Source: Podarcis liolepis (Eukaryota). Taken from it: a stretch of DNA of 64,000 nucleotides. Below, piece by piece: positions 12,290 to 24,682 of this stretch (position 1 is its first letter; the number at the start of each line of letters is the position of its first letter). The notes under the pieces were generated by a model. The model saw nothing but the letters and a program-made list of their open reading frames with translations. It made no database searches and had not been told where the DNA came from. Both the position numbers and the translations under genes were made by a program. The stretch lies in the NCBI GenBank assembly GCA_965112155.1, contig OZ218098.1; one strand, written 5' to 3'.

Positions 12290-12670
12290 TAGAGTCCTCT
12301 GGTGATTTTGCAAGACATTTTGAAGACAAGATAGTCCATCGCTGTGTGGACTGGAGTTCCACCACTGATACCATGTCTGTTGTGCAATGCACTACTATCC
12401 TGTGCGGTTTTTGTTTGTTTGTTATTGATGCCTGCCTAGCACATGCTCTCTTGACCCATGCCCATCTTGGCTGGTTTATGCTAGGTATGAACGGTTGACT
12501 GGGTGAATTCAGGGTGTGATGAATGCTTTGTTGTGTGATGAGGTGGTGGTTGTGGTGCTTCAGTTGCAGATGCTCTGACTGATGGCGTTTTTGAAGGACT
12601 GGAAGAGTGCAAGTGTTGATTCTCCTGGATCTCTCCTTGACTTTTGTTAGCATTAACCATGATAGTCGTC
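12290..12670 (+). mobile_element. Degraded L2-clade LINE ORF2 fragment
   Basis: Residual motifs FARHFEDKI, LDPCPSWL and SVLILLDLS (RT) in different frames. Confidence 0.65.
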
Positions 12671-14891
12671 TATGGATTAGGAGCTGTGGTTGATCTCAGG
12701 TGCCACAGGGCATGCTTTTGTCTTAAGTGCTACTTAATATGAATCTGCTGGGGTAGTTTGCTCTACAATTCTATGACTAGAGATCCAGGTGACCTGTGGC
12801 TTGGATCAGCTATTCCCAAATTCAGTGATCCACAGAGTTAAGACTACATGGTTTTCGTTTTTGATGTATTTTGTATTCTCATTTTGTATTTTTCTGTGGC
12901 GAACCACCATGGGATCTTTGAGCCCAGAGCGGTATACAAATTTTAACAACAATGACATCATTTTACACAAGTGTCCCAAAATCTGCACTGGTTGCTTATT
13001 AGTTAGCAAGCCAAGTTCAAGGTTTCAGTGACATTTAAAGTCCTAAACAAGCTGGGTCTACAATCCTTAGTGGACCACCTCTTAGTTTTTAAGTGTTTGT
13101 TTTGTACACCACTCATTTTTATTTATAAGATATAGTTGTGTTTTGCTTGCATTTATTTTGAAGTAAATTTATTTGAATATTGAACTTTGTTCTATTGCTT
13201 TCATGTAAACCACTCAAGAGATGTTTATGAAATTACGTGGTGTATTTTTAATAGATGTTTTATTACAGGAGAGTCAGTAGCTTATTAAAGAACTTTTCTC
13301 CTTATGTTTGCCATGAGGAACATTGTCTCCTTAAGCTTACAGTTTCAAATGGTAGACTGGAGAGGTTACCCACAAGAAAGTGCCAGTCTCTTGTGTCAAC
13401 CAACAATTGTGAACAGATCTCCTACTGAGGAGCCACACAATTTGCCATTTGGACATGGCAGGCTAGAACACCAGGATATTGTGCTGTGGTTTGCATTAGT
13501 GCTATAACTTTGCAAGGAGCAGTATAGGAACAATTTGAGATATCAAAAGGCAAACTGAACTGCATCAAGATCCTTGTAGCAGATAGACACAGTCTTACCA
13601 AGATTATATAGGCGTGTGTGAGTATAAAAGTGGATGTCAGACCAACAAGGCAGCCTCATATTCTTGTCTGAATCAATGCACCCTCAGACGAATTTGTTTC
13701 CCCATTTTAGTTTTGTGTTGCTGCACACCACCTTCTTGCTTTCTTCTAATTTGACCACCCACCCACCCCTGCTATTGGGAGTAGCTGTGTGCCATTCTGC
13801 CCACAGGTTTATACTTTGATCTAGTGCTGGGGTTCCCAAAGTTTCTAGCTCTGGAGTTCACTTGAGACAACTGAAAATTACTGAGGCCCACCAGCCACAA
13901 AATGGGGGACAGGCAGTCACAAAATGATGGCAGATGGAGGCAGAGTTTGGCATAATCAGCTGGCAATTACTAATGTCACTTTCTATTGATATCTAATCAA
14001 TGTTCGGGAATTGCTTTTCTAAAACACCAAAACACTTTTCTTGTGGCAACATTCTGTAGCTCAACTATATTCAGACATTTGCTCCAGAGGCATTGTGACA
14101 GCCTTCCCAATTCACAGGCTGAATGTAGAGAAAGCTTTTTCTTCTATATTTTTCTCTTCCTACCTCCATGGGTCTCTCAACATATTTTTACCCATCTCCT
14201 GTGATTTATTCTCCCATTCTTCTTTCACACTCAGTATCATATCCTCACCCCCCACAACTTCCAGTTTCTTTCATCTTTTCTCCCTGGGCCTTTTACATTT
14301 TTTCCTCCTAGAAGTTCCCCTCTCTTATCCAATCCCTTTCTATTCCTCGGTGGCTTATCGGATGATAACAGCAACCACTTCCTTCTCCGTTTCTAATTTC
14401 CTTCACCATCTTCCCTGGCCCTTTCATCTCAGAGAAGGGAGACCTTCCTTCACTCCTTCCCCATCTCCTGGGCATCTTTTCAAGAAACTGCTGGTGATAG
14501 CATTGATCCAGCCAAAAGGCTGTGGTATGGCTAGGGGGAAGGGCAGATAAGTGAGGAAGCACTGGACAGATTGTGGCACTGAGACCCGCTAATGGGTCCC
14601 AGCCCAGTTTGAGAAACACTAGTCAAGAGAATTTGATGGCTCAATCCTGTGCACACAGTTGTAAGCCCTATGGAATTCAAAAATACTTACTTTGAGCAGA
14701 CTCATATAAAATTGTATTGTTGGACACGTCCTGTCGTTGAGAAGTCTCCCTGACCTTACTGGCAAAGTCTTTTGGCAGTATTGATCTCCACAGTTGATCT
14801 TCAACATTACTACAGTGGATCAAGATTTCTCTTTCACTGTATGCCATGCCTGTGTGCTATAGTGCAGTGAGGGATGTGAAGCTATCTGTGA

Positions 14892-14980
14892 TGGATGCTT
14901 TAGTTGAGATTCCTGCATTGCAGGGAGTTGGACTAGATGACCTGCAGGGTCCCTTCCCACTCTACAATTCTAGGATTCTA
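14892..14980 (+). mobile_element. CR1 extreme 3' end
   Basis: gattcctgcattgcagggagttggactagatgacc...ctctacaattctaggattcta. Reverse copy at 38547-38637. Confidence 0.8.
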
Positions 14981-16049
14981 AGCAGTAGAAGCCGCACAAG
15001 ATTTGTGTGCATTTAAAATGGAGCGCTGCATGCCCTGGTTAATTCTGGAAGAGCTAATTTTGAAGGTGGCAAAGAATCAGGGTACAACAGGTATGTGCTA
15101 TGTGTGTGGATATGGAAGTGTATTGGCCATGAGCAATGCACTGTGTGAAGGCATTTAAGACAGAAGATACCAAGATAGCTCTGTTGATACTCTCATCTCA
15201 TGGCTTGATGAATCACAGGACTACAGCAGCCAAAGGAGAACACTGGAAAATCCAGTAGCCTTGTGAAAATAAGCATATGTCCAATGATGACAGCCATACT
15301 TTAATGATATCATTTTTACAGGATATTCTGTCTGGGCTTGATTTCCAGGTAAATCCATTGGCCAGTATGTGTGATTTAAACACTGTTCAAATTCTGCTTA
15401 GCCACAGACTCACTGGAATCCATTCTCAATATATCCTAGTCTCAATTCAAGTATGTAAAATGGGAACCATAATAAATCAGAATTGGTGTAAAGTGCAGTT
15501 TTAATGTGCAAAGCTAGAATGACAACTTGCCAAGTTAGCATCATCCATTGACTTATCAAAACATGCTAATCCCCTCTTGCTGGAATGAGTTACTAAAACA
15601 GAAAAACCTAATTTACTTATGGTTCCATGGATCCATCCCTCTCAGCATTTTGCATCAATCGCTCCATAACAGACCTTGTGAAAAATCCATTTGCATATTG
15701 TGGAATGTTGGTACTTAGTCTGAGTGCGTCTTTCCTTTGCTGCTGATCTGTTAATAGGCGCCTTGTGTTTATTAAACTTGTGCCTGTTATCTTTAGTGTG
15801 CTTTTGGTTTTGTGGATTATCCAAGGTACCCTTGGGAGAAAGGCAGATTATAAATATTAGAAATATACTTTAAAAATTAATAGTATTCTATATAGATACC
15901 TTCTTCGTACTTGTGCAGATGCAGAAATTACTTACCAGAGGGTTAAGCGCCATGATCACTCCCTGTCTACATCAGTAACCACATATGCTTCTATTCTACT
16001 ACTCAAAATTGTGAGTAGCTAGTATTGCTAATGCTTTATCCTGACGGGA

Positions 16050-16372
16050 TGTTAAGGCAGCTACACTGGCTAATTTTACAAAGCCATTTTCACTTTCTTG
16101 CACTTTGGAACTCCCTCCCTATTGAGATTAAGCAGGCGCCCTTCACTGAACTTTTTCCAGTGTCTGCTGAAAGACATTATTGTTTAGACAAGCATGCCCA
16201 GATGTTTAGAAAGTTGAGGTAACTTAATATGTTTTAGTATTTTTAACTTTGTATATTTCAAAGTACGGTTGTGAATTTTTCTTGATTTTCTTGTTTTCTT
16301 TTTGTGAACTGATTTGAGAGGTTTTTTTAAACAATCAAGTGGTGTATAAATTTTATGAAATGAATAAAATAA
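16050..16372 (+). mobile_element. L2-clade LINE 3' fragment
   Basis: tggaactccctccctattgagattaagcaggcgcc... followed by a T-rich UTR and an aaataaa tail. Confidence 0.6.
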
Positions 16373-19300
16373 AAATAGTGGTTACAAAGTATGTTTTCCT
16401 TAGTTCACTTTACGTTTGGGTTTGTTATGTTTTGGGCTCCTGTTCCAAATCCCTGGCATGTATGCATGCCCAGCAACATGATGCAAGAAGCAACTTCTGT
16501 GCTCCTGTCAAGCTATACTATAGCAACTCACTCAGTATGTTTCTTCAAATTGGACAATATATGCACACACTTACCCTAAAATTTTCCTGGCTCACAAAAG
16601 GCATTTTTATATGCTACCAGACACATGCCTGTTCTCAGTACCCAGTTGCAGCCCTGGATGTCTGACAGTTTTAAGCTATGCCCATGTTTATTATTTTAAT
16701 CATGAGAGATTAAATTTGTAATAAATTGTGCTGCCATTTTAATTGTGATAGTCACTGGCCTACTGCACCAGGGGTTTGTTGACTACCTTTCAGAACAGGA
16801 TTCTTTTTTAAATAATAATTTCTTACAGCATGTAAATTAATTTGTTTTCATGTTTTTCCACATCAGCCTCTCTTCATTTCTGTGTTGTAGTCCATTTACG
16901 GTACTTTACCATTTCCAGGTTAGGCTCATCATTATTCCTCATTAAAATAGCTTTAGGCATTTTATCCATTAATGGCTGGTCCATGTGCTTTGAGTTTATT
17001 TTACTTAATGAAGTCTGCAAAGGCAATTTAATACTGTTTCTTATTTACACATTCTTTGCCCTCTTCTCGGATACTGTCAGTTGTGTGTGTGCCTGTTAGT
17101 TTTGTGGTGGTGTTTCATCTGTGGGGCAGGCAGTGAATGTTTGCATCTACATTACATACTGTTTGTGCCAATCCAAAGGCAACCATTTTTTCCATGTTCT
17201 GTCACCCTCCTGGCTTCTGACACCCAGTAATTGGTTCGTTTTTCTGGGCCCTAATGACAACATACCTGGCTGCTACCTTTGTCTCTGCTTCTCCTAACTG
17301 AGAGGTACCTGGTTGGCTGCTGTTACATAGCGCTAGACTAGATGGATAGTCAGCTTGATGCATCATACGCAGTTTCTTTTTTTTTTCTTTAACCATCTCT
17401 TTTTGGAATGATTTAACTTCTGCTACAGTGCAGAGGCCCAATTGTGCATCTGCTCTGAAGGTATATAGGGAGTGGGATCTGTTAAACATTCCAACCGTGC
17501 TTCAACCACCATTTCATACACTGAGGTAAACAAGGTACAGAACTGTTATATACATATATATTTATATAATATGCTATAATAATTTGTATCTTTCTTTACA
17601 GCAATCTTAGTTAATATCTTTCATACATAGGTAAAAAAGTCACATGAGAATGGCACATGTAGGGTGCTCAGAGTCCCCTACAGCCTCCATGCTGGGGCAA
17701 ATCAGAGCAGGGATCCAACAGTTAGCATTCCTGGAAGGGGTAAATGAGTGGTTTTGCAAGAAACGGCAATGCACAGACTCTTTGCTGCCTCTCCAGTGAT
17801 TGCATACAAAGGCTTTTAGAATCCATGAATGGGAACTGGAGGACATCAGGATCAAAGGCATTAGGTGGAGACTTCTCACTTTTCTCCCACAAAAGGGAAG
17901 ATTCCGATTTAAATAAATCAAGAAGCTGGAATCCACTGGTAAATGCCTGGCTCCAATGTGCTCCAGCAAGAGGGATAAAAAAGGGAAAAGGATACAAGCA
18001 GTGAGGCTTTCATACAGAGAGACTGCTGTAGAAAGAAAAGGAAGGAAAGTAGTTTTCTGTACACAAACCTTGCAGAATAACAAAATAAAATTAAAGTTGG
18101 TAATGCCCCTCATATAGGCAAGAGCCCAAGATTTCTTAAGACAAAATTGAGTGCTCCACAACACTGATTCCACATTTAAGTGTGTTCCACTCGAATAACA
18201 AGGAAAGTGAGCATATTAGGGTAAAGATAACACTACCTGGGCTGTTGCCCCCTACATATTACTCCAGAGGGCAAGCAGGTAGTTAAGATTACAGATGTAC
18301 CAATGTAAATTCAAGCTAATTGAAAGGATTCTAAAAGACAACAACATCCCTCTCATCATGCCCAGCATTCTGAAGGCACCATCTGACCATCTATAAGTGG
18401 TTGATAAATACCATTCAATAAAGGTGACCATCAGAACTGGGATACAAGATTTTAAAATGACCTTTCCCCCCTAGAATTCGAGCAGTTTGGGAGTGACAAG
18501 TAAGGGCAGGCTACTACATCATGTTCTTAGATAATCTGCAAGGTAGTGTCCGCCAGCAGGCACCTCTGACATGCTGATATGAATGTTAATGGTAATGTGT
18601 GTGGTAGTGCTTTATCAATTGCATCTCCTGTGTGATAGCATTGGACTCACGACACATCCAAACCAGGCAAATACATGACAGACCATGCAGTTAAGTACCA
18701 GTAAGTCAGTCTGAATGCTAACATGGTGCCTGGGACTGGGAGGAATCCCTTCAGTAGCATCCTATGCAGCAGAAACTCAGGATCTTGAACATCTGGGCCT
18801 CAGATATGTTGTGATAAATAAGAGATACACAAAGCCCCAATAAATGCATTTCCCCCCCCAAAATTATGTCAGACATTGTCTAATTGTCTAGTTTCTCCAG
18901 AGGCATGAAAAATGAACTCCCTTATGCTAAAAACGAAAAGAGTTAGACAACAAAGGGCCCAGTCATTCTTCATGGATAACTGAAACACGGGGATCAAAGA
19001 AGGGGAAATTTCTAATACCCTGGTACAAATGTCTTCTCTCAATGAGGCAATTGCTCCAAAACTCACTGCAGTACTATTCAGGTGAAGTTTATTTCATTAT
19101 GAACCCTTATCAAACACAGTCAGCTTCCCTGTTTTCAAGGAAAACTGCTACCAAACATCAATGGAAGTTCTAGATATGCTTTGCAATAATGCGTATACAT
19201 GTATTGCATGGTCTCACTTCTTCTACATGCTGCTTTCTGGCTTGCTCCCTCACTCGCACAGATTACCAATTAAGATAGTCAACAATCTCATCCCATAGGA

Positions 19301-19862
19301 TGACTTCTATATATGCCACTGGTACTGGGGAAAGCCTGCTTTAGACAAATGAGGCATTGCTATTGGCACTTGTTAAGACAACCTGAAGGAGGAGAGGACA
19401 CTTGGGAAATTTGGCAAAGCCTAACATCATGGAAGATGAGGACGTATCTCCTTCACATAACAAGAGAAGCAACATGACAGTACAAGGAGAGAAAAGAATG
19501 AAAGCACTTGACACTGTGTCCTTTCCTTGCATCTCAAACTAACAAACAAAGGCACAACGGAAGTGTGGGAAACAAGAGAAAACAACACAAACAGCAAGGC
19601 AGCAGTGAGCTCAAGAACAGTTGTGTACTGTCTAAAGAAACTTGGGTTTCGTCACATTCAGTATTTTGTTCATAGTTTTCTTCTTGATCTCCCAATGAAA
19701 TGATGTTATCCTGTTGAGTGAGTATGATACTACATGGCTGCAATTTATATAATGGGAAGCTCAATGCCCCAACCCTCTGCACAACGAACTATGGCTAAAA
19801 AGAAATGTATCAGACATGAAATATGGTGAGAGACCAAAGATGGAAATGCCATTACGTATACC

Positions 19863-20141
19863 TAGGGTTGCCATATGTCTAGGAATTCCTGGATATATCC
19901 TGTTTTGGGGGCCCTACATGCCCATCCGGGGGGGGGGGAATTTTACATTTTAAAGCAAATGTCCTGGATTTGGTTAAAAAAAGGAAAGTGTGTTTGCACT
20001 GGTGGCTCTGGTTCAGGCAGCTAGGGCAGCCTGTGCTCTGGTTCAGGCTTGGTTCTGGTGCTGGCAGAGGGGCTATTGCCCTAAAAAAGCGCAACAACTT
20101 TTTGTGTCCAGATTTTTACCTCTTGAAATATGGCAACCCTA
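19863..20141. mobile_element. Non-autonomous DNA transposon with TAGGGTTGCC TIRs (hAT Blackjack-like)
   Basis: tagggttgccatat ... atatggcaacccta. Relative at 44581. Confidence 0.8.
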
Positions 20142-20195
20142 GCATCAGTGAAATAGTACTAGCCCCCAGAAACAGCTACTTGAAAACTATTTATA

Positions 20196-20642
20196 CAGGC
20201 ATCTCCCCACTTACGCACGTCCGACTCATGTGTGACCGTGCTGGGAAATAATTAAATAACTTGATTTAAACTGCAAAAAGGCACAGAAAGTGCAAAAATG
20301 GCCTGAAAAGAGTGGGGGAAAGTGCAAAAATGGCACAAAAAGAGCAGTGCCATCAGCAGCAAGTGAATATGACCCACAGCCAAGCACATGGGGGCACTGG
20401 TGTTTACATACACACCCTTGCCATTCTTTCCACATCGTCCTCCAGCAGTGAAGACTGAGAGCCATTGCTACCATTCATGCCAGTCTGGAAAGTGCTGCTG
20501 GTTTTTTAAAGGGTTTTCAGTGGTTTCCAAAGGTTTAAAGGGCATTTACAGGCTTTTAGGATGGTGTTCCCCACTATACATGATTTCACATATATGTGTG
20601 GTGTCCTGGGATGTAACCGCCATGTAAGTGGGGAGCTGCCTG
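20196..20642. mobile_element. Tc1/mariner (Tigger-like) MITE, TA TSD
   Basis: TIR caggcatctccccacttac / gtaagtggggagctgcctg, flanked by TA. Confidence 0.82.
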
Positions 20643-21483
20643 TACTTCTAGACCATTCTAATTCATTACAATCATCATGTGACACAGTCACTGTTTTCCA
20701 TTTTACAGATGTGAGTGAGACACAGAGCACAAGCTGACTAATATGGGCCTTGAATCTAGTTCTCACAGATCTTTCTTTAACTCTCATTGGATAACAGTGC
20801 CATAATAGGAGAATCTTCTACTTGAACATGTGGTAGCTTTACTTTGTATATACCACAATTCTTTATGAACAGCTTCTCAGATTTGAAAAACTAAACGAAA
20901 TCATGCACTGCAATCCTGAATGAAAATCAGATTAACAGCTGCCTTATACTGAGTCAGACTATTCACCCATCACTGTCTTACACTAAGAGGCAACAGTTCC
21001 ACAAGTTTTTCAGCCCTGCTACCTTGAATTAGAGAAGGCTGGAATTGAATCTGGAACCTTCTGTATGCAAAACATGTGATTCCCCACTGAGTGATGGGTG
21101 CATTTTTGTCTCCATGAAAAGATCCCTACCACTTCATTCTGCAAAACAACAACATGGAAGACCGAAGATATAAATAAGCTGGTCACACTCCCCTAAATCT
21201 GCCTCTGCCAGAGTAAACCATACTGGGCTGGATGGAACAATAGTCTAAGTATAAGGCAGCTTCAGATGATCAGATATGTAGGATTTCATCTATAGCACTA
21301 TATGTGTGCTAGCTCCAATTCTGCTTCAATGGCACATACATCCTACCCTCACATAGTGGGTGAAGGGACATCCAAGTTGTTGCCACCACTCCTTTTAGGC
21401 AAGCAGGACTGTTTGAATGATTTACTGCTAGCTTGTTTTTGAACAAAAAACAGCCAGATGATTGCTCCAGTAGTGAGCTGCAG

Positions 21484-21486
<3 letters not shown>

Positions 21487-21512
<26 letters not shown>
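21487..21512 (+). repeat. (TG)n microsatellite
   Basis: Directly visible. Confidence 0.95.
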
Positions 21513-21514
<2 letters not shown>

Positions 21515-21581
21515 CCCCATAAGTACTTAAAATTATGCTAAGAGGAAACAGTGTGTTTTTCATAGGTACTATTCCATACAT

Positions 21582-21917
21582 CAGGGGTGGCCAACTCTCA
21601 AGAGACTGCAATCTATTTTCAGAATTAAAAACTGGCAGTGATCTACAAGCTTTTTGGGGGGTTCAGCTCAAATTTGTTGAGCTTTTTTTAGGGAGGAGAA
21701 AAGCCCCTCACTAAAAAAAGAAGAAGGGGTAAAGTCACTCACAAAAAGATTGTGATGGATCAAAACAGCAGCACAGGAAAAGCTCTGTCTTCCCTTCCAG
21801 AGATCATACAACAGTGGAGGGCAGGGCGAGGGGGCAGGGCAGGGCAGGAGTCAGTTTTAGCAACACTAAGGAAAGGGAGCCAGAGATCGCCCGTGATCTA
21901 CCAGTAGGACATCCCGG
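21582..21917. mobile_element. Non-autonomous hAT element with perfect 8-bp TSD ccatacat
   Basis: TSD at 21574-21581 and 21918-21925. Imperfect TIR caggggtggccaact / agtaggacatcccgg. Confidence 0.85.
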
Positions 21918-23599
21918 CCATACATATATATGAAACTCATGCAACCACATTTCATGTGGCAATCAAAATAACTATAAATATCTAGCTGGGAGAAGAATCA
22001 CATTTCCCAAGCACAAAATGCTGAAGTCTTGAGTACTGGGGAAACACAGCATCCCTGCAATGTTAGCATTCCACTGGACAAAGTCCATAGCTTTGAAATG
22101 TGGAGAAGGTTAGACAACCTTTTGCAGCAATGAGATGCAGCCTGTGCTAACCAGGATGAAATGTTGGAGACATAGGAGATGTAACATATTTATCAACAGG
22201 ATAATCAAGGAAGGAAAAGGTACCGAGCAGAATTAAATAGGAAGTGCCAAACAGAGTTGAAAAGGAGAGAACTTATAAAAGCTATTACCAGAGGTTCTGG
22301 TTTTAAGTTCCCACTCCCCAAATTCAACGCATGTCTCAGCCCAAAAGCACTTAAAAGGACTGACATGGCATTGTATGTGTATTTGGGAAAGTTTGAAAGT
22401 ACCCTCTGTTGGAAAAGAATGAAAGTGCTCATCATTAGTCACCCTGCTAGTAAGAGAAGTATTTCTCCCAGCTGGGAGATATCTTTTGTTAGGGCATCTT
22501 TGGCAAAGCTGCATCAGCATCTATATGGGGCCTTTGATCACCTATTTTAGTTTTTAAAGTGAACGAAAACCTGCCTGGGAGTGTGAATTAATTCACTGCA
22601 TCTGCTCTAAAGCTTCAGCGGAGTGTGCAATTCCACCCAAAAATCTACTAGCCCACTGACGCTGGGTGAGTAAAATGGTTGCAGTGATTTTGCTACAACT
22701 AGGAACTGCTCAGTTAATGGCTATTGCTTCAGATACATTCCTAGCACTGAACCGATTGCATATTGAAGTTCTAGATAGTTTTCAAAGGACAGTCTAAACA
22801 CCCAAGGGGCTGAATAAGCAGGGAGAGGACACAGCACCTTGGGGATGAAGCCCAGAGGCAAAGCCATGAAGGAGCTTTTACAGCCAGGTAGAAGAGTTGG
22901 AAAACCAATTTATCAGCGCACAAGCAGGATGCAGTGTGCATGAAATAGGTACCAACATGTTTCAGGGGTGAAACTCAATAGAAACTCAGTATGTGTGTCA
23001 GTAGTATGGCATTTTCTAGTTCTTTCCTATACCTACAAGGGATATGGGTATGCTAAGAATAAATAAATAAAGGTGTACTTGTGGAGTGTTGGTGTAGTCA
23101 TTGGCCTTTTTAGTGTAAAACAAATTAAGTGCTAGAAGACCCAATTTTTCAAGGAAAAAAAGACAAGTAAGATGCTGTAATGTAATGCAGTAAATAAACT
23201 CAACTCCCATTTTTATACTTGCCTCTCCTGCTGAGTGCAAGCATTTGATACACCTGAATCTGTGTATTTTCCTTCTTCCAGGCAGAAGCCCAACAGTCAC
23301 AAAAAGCACAGACAATCTGGGACAAACACAGTTAAGACAGTCTGATTCCTGCTACCAGTGACAAGGAAGAGGATAACAAACACTCTTGGGATACAATCAA
23401 ACAGCTTTAAAAAGTAACAAAACCCATGAAAATGACAATGAACTGGTGCTCCGGTCAGGCACAACATTGTAGTGCAATAGCTTGTTGCATCATTCACAAT
23501 CTGATCACCACCAAATGAACATATTGAAACCTTCTCCAAGCAAAGCTGTATCAACAGCCTCTCAACCTGGCTCTCCAAGCCTAAAATAATCATCTCAGG

Positions 23600-23708
23600 C
23601 AGGGGTGGGGGACCTGTGGCCCTTCATCAGCCCCAACCAGCATGACCAACAGTCAGGGATGATGTAGTCCAACACAATCTGGAGGGCCAATGGTTAGCCA
23701 TCCTTGTC
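23600..23708. mobile_element. Old short hAT-type MITE remnant
   Basis: caggggtggggacctgtggcc...ctggagggcca..ggttagccatccttg. Similar remnants near 270-375 and 39212-39300. Confidence 0.55.
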
Positions 23709-24072
23709 CTAAGGCAGGAAACTGCCTGCTCTCCACCTTCGCAGATTTTCAGATTCATACAGTAGATATGCTGCACGCACAGACACCCTTCCCTCCCCCC
23801 TACATTCCCATGACCCACAAGAGCTGGGAAGCTTCCTTCTTTTCTATTTGTAAAGTGCTTTGAAGTTTAAAGCGCTCTCTAGGTGCTAAGTATTTGCACT
23901 GAATCATAGCTTGATTCACAAGGCAGTGCTCCTCAAGATTGGCAGACTGATTGGAGTGGCACCAGCTGCTCAAGCAGCCTGTCCAGTTTGGTGAGCTTAA
24001 CCTGCTGTAAGTACCTGCAGCTTAAGCTCTGCAACACCGCTGCATCCCAAAAGATCCTCATAAACCATGCAG

Positions 24073-24477
24073 TTTATTATATGCTTTGTCCCAGAACTAT
24101 ATATTCCTGCTGTGTCTTCCTTAAAGAAACATATTTTATCAGTCTAGTTCTGGTTTAGAGTAGCCTTAGTCAACTAACATGAACCAATGCAGCTGCTATT
24201 GAAAAAATGGGAACACTTAAGAGCTAAATTATTAAGACAGATTGGCTCAAGCCTAAATCATTAAGATTAATTGTTTGAAAACTGGAATTTTATCAATAAA
24301 AACCTTCTGCACTTCCAATGAAAAATTGTTTCAGGGTAGAAAGGGGGGATTTACTCTTCTGTCATGTTGACCACTAGCATTAGGCCCCAATTCACAATTG
24401 CCCTGCATATTGCAGAATCATTTAATGTTATGTGGGTGTACTATCTGACACCCATGTATTTCCTATGCAAGTTTATT
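24073..24477 (-). terminator. Nearest candidate DAGLA polyadenylation signals (AATAAA on minus at 24472-24477 and 24073-24078)
   Basis: First TTTATT hexamers I found left of the stop codon. Usage is unknown, and the 24477 hexamer lies in a short palindromic repeat. Confidence 0.3.
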
Positions 24478-24593
24478 CAGAAGGAAAAGTCCTGTGGAGT
24501 TCAATGGGGACTGGTTTCCAAGCTAGCATACATAGGAGTGTTAAAACATGAAAGGCAACAAGTCCCTAGAACCTCCATAGGAAACAAAACTAA

Positions 24594-24682
24594 GGCTGCA
24601 ACCCTGTACTCACTTAGCTGGCAACAAGGACCACTGAGCTCAGTGGGACTTACTTCCAAGTAGACACATACAGGATTGCGCT
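24594..24682. repeat. Short (~90 bp) palindromic interspersed repeat (MITE-like)
   Basis: gcaaccctgt...ccactgagctcagtgg...acaggattgc. Degenerate copies near 3690, 14640, 24445, 38411 and 55310. Confidence 0.65.

Noticed and set aside
14041-14550. 169-aa hydrophobic ORF
   Set aside because: Product of a CT-rich low-complexity tract. No domain motif and no supporting splice structure.
15936-15953. Minus-strand ATG GCG CTT AAC CCT CTG|gtaagt, resembling a tiny first coding exon
   Set aside because: No recognisable peptide, no promoter context and no partner exon. It is adjacent to an L2 fragment and could be chance.
1-16000. MYRF first exon (MEVVDETEALQRFFE-like), expected from mammalian synteny
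   Set aside because: I could not find a matching translation or a CpG-island promoter on either strand. It probably lies left of the window.
17640-18173. 177-aa minus-strand ORF downstream of DAGLA
   Set aside because: Non-ATG start, no recognisable homology, and composition typical of UTR or intergenic DNA.
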